Of a stretch of DNA of 64,000 nucleotides, positions 53,695 to 64,000 are shown in pieces. The stretch is from NCBI GenBank assembly GCA_964016885.1, contig OZ024747.1, positions 12,648,001-12,712,000 on the forward strand, in the 5' to 3' direction. The translations under genes were made by a program, and so were the position numbers. How positions within the stretch are numbered: position 1 is the stretch's first letter; each line of letters opens with the position of its first letter. The stretch comes from Eledone cirrhosa. Its lineage: Eukaryota. The notes under the pieces were generated by a model. The model worked only from the letters and a program-made list of their open reading frames with translations. It was not told the DNA's origin and did no database searches.

Positions 53695-53767
53695 AAAATT
53701 CCAAGACGAAGAACGTCCACAAGTGAAACCTGAGAAAAAACTGAAAAGAGCCTGCTGTATACTGTAG
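53695..53767 (+). CDS. RRAS2: R-Ras2-like last coding exon: (R)KFQDEERPQVKPEKKLKRACCIL*
   Basis: ttttgtag acceptor. Phase 2 join (ag+a = Arg). Polybasic region, CaaX box CCIL and TAG stop at 53765-53767. Confidence 0.93.
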
Positions 53768-54415
53768 CAGTGTATACCCAGTGTCTCTGCTTCTTCAAAC
53801 AACCAGATATTAATAACAACAAAAACAACAAACTAACAAACTACCCAGAAGTCTCTCACTCTATTGCACACTCTCTCTTATTCCTCACTCGCTCTGTCTC
53901 ACACAATCTCTCTCTCTCTCCCTCCCGCCCTATCTGTCTATTCCTATCTCTGGTTCTGTTGTTTATTGCTCAGAGCCTCCTGCCGACCAACCAACCACCC
54001 ACCCAACCAACCACCCAACTAATCAGCATTCCTTACACAGCCCACCTGTTATCACCCACCCTGCCACCATATATAAAGTAATATACATACATACACATAC
54101 ATATATATATGCATATATTAGATATACATACATATGTATATATACACATGTGTTACATTCTAAATATAATGTTTATATAAAAAATGTGTATATAATATGC
54201 ATATAAAATTACTACATGACAATGTAGCTATAAAATTAATATAAATATATAGGTACAAATATAATTGCAATCAACATGTAGTTAGATACATGTGTGTGTG
54301 TGTATGAATGTATGTGTCTGTGTATGAATGTGTGTGTGTGTATCGATATGTGCATATCTATATACATATATTTATATAATTACTATCAATATGTAGCTAT
54401 ATATATGTGTGTATA

Positions 54416-54469
<54 letters not shown>

Positions 54470-54606
54470 TATATTTTATATATATTATATATATATGTAG
54501 ATGTGTCACATATATATATTTATACACACACAAACACAGTTTTACTCTTTCCAGCTAGTAGATGCCCCAGAATAGCTGAAATCAGTAAAATATGATATAT
54601 ATACAT

Positions 54607-54663
<57 letters not shown>

Positions 54664-54767
54664 TATATATAAATATATATATTGTCCCACCCTTGCAAGC
54701 AGGGAAAAGCGGACGTAAAATGATGACACACATACACACACACACACACACATACACACCCACACAT

Positions 54768-54801
<34 letters not shown>

Positions 54802-54954
54802 GTATAGACACACATCCATATATATATATATATATATATATCCATATATATAAATATATAGACACACATCCATATATATATATATATATATATATCCATA
54901 TATATAAATATATAGACACACATCCATATATATATATATATATATCCATATATA

Positions 54955-54990
<36 letters not shown>

Positions 54991-55589
54991 GACATACATC
55001 CATATATATGTGTGTATGTATGTATATATATATGTGTGTGTATATGTGTGCATACACACACACACATTCACTACACCCCTTTATGCAACACTAATGCTTG
55101 ATCCAGCCAAATGCCTGTTGGACCTTTGTAATATGTGCTAGACTAATTCTGCTGCTGTTTTTTTATATACACATTTTATATTTTCATGAATGTCATTTAA
55201 AATATTATTGCAGAGTAATTTTTACACTTTTTTGCCTTAACAATAATAACAATAATATTAATAATAATAACAATAATAATAATATTGATGATGATAATAA
55301 TAATAATAATATTTATTTTATTAGGGGCCATGCATTCTATAATTGAGTCTAAACTCCCCCCCCCCCCCCATCACTATAACAATCACCAATACCACCACCA
55401 TTATTCTCTTTACTACTACCACCACTTCTTGTCTGTCTCTCTCTCTCTATCTATCTAATATATATATATATATATATATATCCGTATGTGGTTGACGGCT
55501 GAGAGAAAAGAGTACTCAATACCGAAGTAGAGTTCTAATATTCATTTTATTATGGTTATATAGTGATTCTTGTTACTCTGGAGTTTCAC

Positions 55590-55770
55590 CTGTTTACCAC
55601 GGGATAATTAACAGGTGCAAAAAGTCATAGCAGAGACAGTAAAGGCGTCCAAAGTTAAGACATGGGGTTAAGCTGGGAACCGACTTCAGATCAGCAAATA
55701 AAGTGTTCTGGCAGACCATCTGCCGACTTAGTAATACAAAGTCCTTCTCTAAACTTGCTGTCTGGAACGC
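55590..55770 (+). mobile_element. Short internal LINE fragment (RTE-like)
   Basis: Translates DFRSANKVFWQTICRL, resembling the LINE linker between endonuclease and RT. Confidence 0.4.
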
Positions 55771-58191
55771 GTAATATCATATAACTAATATTAAACGAAA
55801 TCTCCAAATATGTGGTGGTTAGTGGCAAAAGATGAGTGTGAATATATTCTATGCTGCTTTGTGGAGGGGTTTTTGTTGTTGTTTTTGTTTTCTTTATATA
55901 CCGAAAGTAAAATGAGAGAAAGGAAAGGGAAACGAGTGATTTCTCAAAAACAAAACAAAACGAAACCGAAACGTGACTTTATTTTTCGTTTATTTAATTT
56001 AATTTCTTTTTTAAATCTACCATCTTGATCTGGTGATATGGTACATTTGGTGTGGTGGAGATTTGTGTGTTAAGTTGATTCTAAAATATAAGCTGGACTA
56101 TAGAGTTATAAAAGAAAAACTGCTTTTTCAATCTCTTGGTCTTTTCATCTAATTTTTCTTTCTCTCTCTTCATAAATATATTTATTTTCTGTCTTTTAGA
56201 TTTCTTTATATTTAGTTTATATTTTCTATTTTGATTTCATTTAAAGTTTTTTTTTATGGCATTTGCTGCAACATTAAGCTCTCTTCCTACTCTGTCTTCT
56301 TTTGTTTTATCCCTGTATTATGTTATTCCTATTCTCAAGAGCACCACAATTGCTCCACTATCTGTCTCTCTTTTGCATTAACCCTTTTGATACCAAACCT
56401 TCTGAAACCAACCTCAATTTATGATACAAAATTGCTCATTTGAAAATGTTTATCCTTATATTAAAACCTTTTATCATAATTTTATTTTTAGAAATTTTTC
56501 TCAAGTAATGTTCTAAATATCAGTTTACTAATGAAAAACTTAATCATTTCAATGAATTCCTCTAAATATTTGGTTATTTTCAAAATTAATTGAAAACTCA
56601 TAGACCATGTATTTCATTAGAAATACAATAATAAAAGGATTAAATCATATCCTCTCTGTTCCTCTACCTTTATGTAACTCAGCAATTTAGGGAGCAGGTA
56701 GCTATGATTTCTTTTGGAAAATCATCTGTTATTATTATTATTATCATTATAAAGATGATATGACAGAACCGGTAGAGCAGTGGGCTAAATACTTTGCATT
56801 ACTTAGTTTTTGTCTCTCTACTCTCCAAATTTTAAATTCTACCAAGGTTAAATTTTGACTTTCATCATTTCAGGGTCATATTAACATAAACTACCATTCA
56901 CTGGGGTTGGTTCTACTGACTTTGCTGTCCTTCCACTTCAAATCTATGGCCTGGTGCCAATGTGGGGAATCATTATTTCATTTTTCTTCATTATTATTAT
57001 TATTATTATTATTAAAGTGATGTAGTGACAGAACATGAGGCATAAAACTAAGTACTTTATAGTATTTAGTTTTGCCTCTACATTCTGAATTCAAATCTAG
57101 TAAAGGTTGACTTTGCCTTTCATCCTTCCAGGATTGATAAAGTAAGTACCAAATATACACTGGGGTCAAATCAATTGACTGTATACCCTTTCCCCTTTAT
57201 TGTTATTATTGTTGTCCAAGTAGAGGCGGTGGTAAGTTCTTATAGCAAACCAAGTTTATGGCTTGGTTTATATTCACAGTTGGAGCTCCTTTATTTCACT
57301 TTGCTTCAGTCACTAATCCCCTTTCAGAAAGTATGAATGTCACTTCTCACTTCCTCTTCAGATAAAAAGCCTGATGCTTTATGCCTGTAAAAAGAACTGT
57401 TATTGGCAGAATCGTTAAAGCGTCAGGTAAATTACTTTGCAGCAGTTAGTTAGGGTCCCTTTACATTCTGAGTTCAAATCTCGTCGAGTCAACTTTGCCT
57501 TTCGTCCTTCTGGGGTCAATAAAATAAAGTACCAGTCATATACTGAGATTGATGCAATCGACTTTCCTCTCCCTCATAAATTGTTGGCCTTGTGCCTAAA
57601 TCAAAAATCCTGATCTGCAATCCTGTTTTAATTCCTTAACAGAACTTCTTTGCTAATACAATATGGGGAAAGTCATGAACATTACAATCTCCTATTTCCC
57701 TTTCTATGGAAATTTAGAGCATGATGCCCATGTCAAAAGATCATAATTATTATTATTGTGTTGGATACTACAATGTAGCAGTACATTCTGTTAAGAATTA
57801 AGTCTGTAATATTGTCAGAACTGCATACATTACTTGGGGAAAGCAAAAAAAAAACAAAAAAACAAACAAACAAAAACATATATTTCCTAGTTATCCTGCC
57901 TTAAGAAATTGTCATAGTTATAATGTTTGTGATTATTATGACATGGAAATGGGAGAACTACTCTGTTCTGCGTTTAAATCTTACCAGAGTTGTATATACC
58001 TTTCATCCCACCATGATCAGTTGGAATATATAATGTAGTGGGGTTAATTTAATCACCTTTAAGGGGATTCCAATAGCTGAGTGGACAAGGTAATGTTGCT
58101 TTTTCAGTTTTTATCCCATCACTGTGAAAGCAAAGTTGCTGTGAGGATAAACAGCTCAAAAGATTTGAGTTCAATTCCACTGCAGATATTT

Positions 58192-58228
<37 letters not shown>

Positions 58229-58540
58229 GTGTACTAAATTCTACATGCCTCGATTGGCCTAGTTGTCAAAAATATGTACCAATTTATCTGCAAATGCTAC
58301 CTGCATTAGACCAGCATACTATCGAGTTGGTGATTTGTCTCATATGCTTAATGCCATGAAGCTTCAGCTAAATATTGGCCATAAAATTGCTTATTGGGGT
58401 CTTATGCGACATTTTGTTTTCTGCCGCCATCACTTGTGCTGTGACCAGGCACCAAAACTATCTCTGCCTCATTAGAGCAGGTAAGTAGAGTGGGTAGTGA
58501 TAGTGGGTTGCTGAACTATGTAGAATCAGGTGTGCACTGG

Positions 58541-58640
58541 TGATTTACTGTGATAGGATCACATATTCTCTCACCACACAGAGAGTGTGTGATTTACTGT
58601 GATAGGATCACATATTCTCTCACCACACAGAGAGTGTGTG
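58541..58640. repeat. 49-bp exact tandem duplication
   Basis: tgatttactgtgataggatcacatattctctcaccacacagagagtgtg occurs twice. Confidence 0.9.
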
Positions 58641-60002
58641 TGTGTGTGTCAACCAACCAATTTTCCCCTATCATCCTCCTTTTACAAAACTGTCTTTATG
58701 CCTACAACAAAATATCAATCAATAAATAAAAAGACCTTACTAATATTCTGATGGAATAAAGTGTAACATTTGGTAAAGTGTTACATTTATAGCAAACCAA
58801 ATATACCCAGGTTTCCATTCCTACATGGAGCTAACACATTGAATTTCTGAATATCTCCTTAGTTCTTCATCCAAGACTTCATACCTGTTTGTGTGTAATG
58901 GAAAGAAATAATCACCAAACTCCTCCTCCTTCTTTTCCTTCCTCTGTTGTAATCTCTCACCTAACTCATCCCTCTCCTCTTTTCCTTCCTTTGTAATCTC
59001 TATTTCACCTATCTGCTCCCCACCCACCCCTCTTTCTTTTTTCTTTTTTGCTTCCATTTGCTTTCTTCTGGATAGACATTTTTTTTTTTTTTCCTCATTT
59101 GGTGTTCATTCAAACTAAATCCGAAATTTTAATTTCTCACCGATTGACAACTCACTGATTGTTTGGACATTGACAACAAGATTTGTTGTTGTTGCTACTA
59201 CTGCTGTTGCATCCATTGTAATATTCTATAATTAAGCTAAACTCCTCTTCATTTTTTTTTTTTTTTTTTTTTTTTGCATTGGACAATATTTATATATGTC
59301 CAGTCTAGCAGAAGAGTCTTGGTCTCTCTGTGTGTTTGTGTGTGTGCATTTTTTTTTTTCTTTTTTTTTTTTTGTTTAATCAATTTTGTGTGCAAGTCTA
59401 TTGAAGTATGTATATATGAGTCGCACGACTGTGTGTGATTTATTTTCTGCCATCTCATAACATAGGCTTCATGTTCTGCTTGGTGTATGCTCAAATTGAT
59501 GAAACTGCACTGATTACAAGAGAAAACAATATGATCAACATGTTCCTTTGATATTTGCCAGCAGTGGTTAGTTGGGCACAGCTGAAACCATTTATAGGTG
59601 CATTAAAATTATTATTATTATTTTAGAGAAGGCTCAGATTGGAAGTGTTATGTTTATATATATATATATATATAAATATATTTTACTTTTTATTTTAATT
59701 TTTGTGCTTCACTGATCTGTGTTCAAATCCTTTCAAAGGTAACTTTGATTTTCATCTCTTTTCAGAGTTGAAAAAAATCTATACCAGTAATACACTGATG
59801 GTTAGTTAATTAACTTCAACTACTACTCTATAAAGTTGGCCTTATATTTAGTAAAAATAACTTAACACTGTTATAATCAGCTTCTATTTACATTTCTCTT
59901 CAGATTTGTTGAAAAAAAACTCCTTTGGCTTTTATTTTTAATGAAATGAAAGCAACTTCTACAGAATATTGATTTATATTTATTTTTGTTTAAATACTAA
60001 AA

Positions 60003-60037
<35 letters not shown>

Positions 60038-63000
60038 TTCTATGTTTTGGTGATCAACTCTAGACTTCATCAGACATCTGTGTTATTCCACACACATATA
60101 CTACATATATAAACTATGTGAATTATATACTGCATATTATCAACATATAGTGTGTAATAAACAATATATGTTATATAATATATATATTGTATAATATACA
60201 ATATGTGGCATAATCTTTATTATAATATATATTTTATATTGTGTAATATATAAACACATTGTATAATATTTGTATTATACAATGTCACACCTTATGTGTT
60301 TGTATGTCAGTATGTTTGTGTGTTTGTGTATTTGTCAGTATGTAGGGTATGTGATGTGTGTATTTGTCAGTATGTATGGTGTGTGCGTGTGTGTATTTGT
60401 ATGGTTTTAGTGTTGCTTCAGTCAATTCTTTCTTTATACAACAGCACACTGAAACCAATTCTTGTCAGCAGAATTTCTTTCAGCCCATCTAATGAAGCCA
60501 TAGTTTGCAACTTTGTATCATCCGTTCAGAAGATGATAGAGAGCTGTCTTCCTCTCCAAATGATGCTAGCTGATAAATGAAAAGTATAAATTTTACACAG
60601 AACAGAACAGAAAAAGAAAAGAAAAAGAAAAAAAAAACCTATAACAAAAACAAAACAAAAAAACTATATATATAAAAAAAAACTCAAAGAAAAAAGACAG
60701 TAACGAACAAGACTTTGCCTAGTTTGGTCAACTAGGTTGCAACTTAATGCAATTGAAATCCACTGCATCAATATTTTAGAGAGAATTTGTACAAAGTAAA
60801 GCATCAAACAAACCTCTGTTGGTGTTCTTCCTCATCTGTTGCATGTCAACTGCATCATATTAGAAAATATGAAATCTCCATACTTAAAGTATTCCTTATT
60901 TTTATTTTCGCCCCTGCATGCTAACTCCAACATTTGTAGGGTCACCTTCCCCCCTCTCTCTCTCTCTCTCAGCCCCCCCCCCCTTTTTTTTTTTTTACAA
61001 CTGACATATTATGTGACTAGCATGTCTGCATGGAGACATATTTATATATATCATAACAGTTTCACTAAGCAAAACAACCAGTAATTAGATGGGAGACAAG
61101 GGGGGGGGTGGGAGTTTATATGAATGCTAATCAGGTGCTATAGTTAATTGATCCGGATGATTATTGTATACAAAAATCTGTAAAAAAAAAAATATATTAC
61201 TTGTAACAATGAAGCTATTTATACACATGCTTACTCTCCTCCCTCCCCCTTTAACATATGACTTTTATTTGTCGACTGCTTGCTAATCTGTTTCTAGTGT
61301 GATGGGGGTGGGCTTATTTTTTTCCTTATTAGGAACTTTAAATCCTAACCTTTCTATATCAACATATTTCCTCATTCCAATTTTCTTTTTATCATCTAGA
61401 AAATAAGGTTTGAAGTCTTCACAGAAACGTATCATGTTAGAAAATAATATTGAAATACTTTGTGAATGAGTATCATTAATCTTTTATGGTTACCTGAGAT
61501 AAAATGATTGATTCTAATTAGGACAATAACAAGCTACTCAGTGGTGTCTATCTCTTATCCAGGTCAAGGCAAATAGTTAAGTGCCTTGTTCAAAGATAAT
61601 AAGGAATCAACTGTCACTCTGATGTATTGAATTGGCCACTCTTTCTTCTTTCCTTCACACAATTAGTGTATAGTGTCTTTTTTTTTTTTTTTTTAAACTA
61701 AAGAATAACATCACAATAGAAAACATGTGTTCCTCCACCCTCAATCTGGGTGTCTATATTTACTGGTTTGCCTTAATATTAGTTCACTTGTGTTACTATC
61801 ACTCTTGGTGAAGATACAAATGAAATGATTCCTTTTAATTCATACTTCGTACAAAAAATAATTATTAGTTTAGTAAGAAGCTGCAGAGGAATTACACTGG
61901 CGTCTCACTGTTGTGAGGTTAATATCTACGTAGGCTAACCTTGATATTGTAAATGAACCACAATTAATGCCCCTGCCATATTGCAGTGGAGAACATAACT
62001 AAATAGACTCTTTAATTTGGCCCAAGTAAAAATGCAGCCAAGGTCAATTTTAGCGTTCCCCAATAAAAGAAAATGCTAGTAATATATAGAATTTAATCTT
62101 CTGCTTAAGTTGAAATACCATAATCTTACTTAATCAGGAGCTGTGACTTTATTTTTTTCTTTAATACTTAGTAGCTTTTATAATCACTGTTTTAGTTTAA
62201 TGTCCTACAGGATTAGATGTGCACTGTGTTCTGCAACAAAGTGGTAATTTCCACTTTAATTTAGAGTTATGTTTAAGACATTAGAGGAATCTTTAAAAAA
62301 AACAAAAAACGTAAGCTTGCAATAGTGTTTACCTGAAATTAGGGAAGTTTTATCAATTAAGTAAAAAAGATCTCTAATTTGGGCACAAGGCAAGCAATTT
62401 GGGGAGAGGTGAAAGTCAATTAAATTGACCCAAGTACTTAGTTTTATCAACTTTTACACCATTACATAATAGGGGTGAACTTGATAGAACAAGAAATAAT
62501 CTTTTGATTAGCCAAGACCTCAGTGTAGCTTTAATTTCTTGTTGAAAATCATTTCACTTCTGATATTAATGCTCTTGGAAAAATATGTCCATAATGATAA
62601 TGATAATCTCATCCATTCACTTCTAAAACAGATAGGGATTTATGCTTAGTCAAATGGGAGTTCTAAGATAGAAATATGTTGCTATAAATCCTTAAATAAT
62701 TGATTAGATATCTAGCTTTCTCAAGCCTTGATGCCATGATATATATTTTAGATCACTAAGCTAGATATTATATCATATTCAATTCCATGCCTCACAATCT
62801 AACCAAAGTCCATTTGACCTCTCATTCCTTCTGTGTTAATAAATTAAGCTGTTATTGTTATGTCAACTTTACATTAAAAAAATAATTTTAAAAAATTTAA
62901 ATTCGATACCAAGACAACTGCTTTCTATTATTTTTTTTTCTTTCTTCCAAATATATAGGGATATTTAATTCTGTCTCCTCTTTTGAAATTATATATTTAA

Positions 63001-64000
63001 AATATTTACTTTTTCTTAGATGGCATATGCAATATGATTCTGCTTGTAGTTCTTAAATTTAATTTATCTTTTCTGATTTCTTTCAAAGAGAACCATAAGT
63101 AGCCATTTTGTTTTCGTCGTTTGTGACAATATGGTGTCTTAACTTAAAATGTAATATTCCTGATTTAAGCTGAAAAGTAGTCATCTAAGTGAACACCTTT
63201 AGGAAACAGAAATATATAAACTTTGTTAACATGTAGTTCTTCACTTTAAACAACTTACCTTGGTTGAAATTTTATGGGGAAAATGCTCATAAATCTTAGA
63301 CCTTCCTTTTTTTTTTATTGGGGCAACCATAAAACTTATGGACAGTTGAAGTTCACCCTTACTTAAGCACTGGTAACCAGTTTACAGGCAGGTTTACTTC
63401 AACCTCTTATCTAAAATGATATACAAAACTAATTTTCTTTAAAAGGGGACAACGTTTCAAGGGCATCTGATAGCCACACAAGTGGAAAACACCTGTACAG
63501 TCTTAGAAATCTTTGACTTATCACATCCTGCTTCATCTTTCATTGTGTGCTTCTCTCAGCCACTATCACTGCATTGCTAAACCATGTTAGCTCTAATGAT
63601 TTGTACCTAAGGTTTCATTAACCAGTATTAACCGTATACCCAATTTGCCATATTGTATGTATCCCCTCTTAAAAAAAAAATATAAAAGCTTATCCTTTTT
63701 CTGTATATAATATATATATTATATATAAACTCATCACAATGCATCTGGTCCACATCACAGCTACACTTACCCTAGCAAGTTATTTCTGAGGCTGTATAAA
63801 TTATTTTTCTTCCTTCATATATGTCCCTACCCTAGACCCATTTATCCCCTGTCTCAAAAGCAGTGTTTGGTTATGTTAGTGTTTCCCAGTCTGTTTCTAC
63901 CCTAAATGGTATGATGCAGATTGAAATTCAGTAACTAAACAAAAAAAAAAAAAAAAATCAGGTGAATATTTTGAACTACCAAGTTTTACTATTTATTTCT

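Noticed and set aside
53768-64000. Defined 3'UTR end or a second gene
   Set aside because: Several AATAAA hexamers occur but none can be singled out in AT-rich DNA. I recognised no coding exon on either strand.

Overview
AT-rich, microsatellite-dense eukaryotic DNA whose repeat families look cephalopod (probably Octopus; inferred, not proven). The only host gene I can support is an R-Ras2/TC21 (Ras64B-like) small GTPase on the + strand. Its five coding exons (32385-32472, 40650-40752, 45872-45980, 49760-49878, 53695-53767) have clean AG/GT boundaries, consistent phases and a C-terminal CCIL prenylation motif. The P-loop exon is not in the window, so bases 1-32384 are probably one intron of more than 32 kb. 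The rest is mostly repeats: 5'-truncated RTE LINEs, a CR1-like LINE, several tRNA-derived SINE families, three TTAA-bounded (piggyBac-type) MITE families, microsatellites and a 1.65-kb CpG-rich 21-bp minisatellite. The most notable hidden structure is a set of short elements in (TA)n tracts with hammerhead-ribozyme motifs and long fold-back palindromes (Penelope-like or retrozyme-like). One has a near-complete type I hammerhead at 10075-10165 on the - strand. Also notable are a SINE whose 3' end is a chimera of two different RTE LINEs, and inverted repeat pairs bracketing the R-Ras exons. Almost all ORFs in the supplied track are repeat artefacts.
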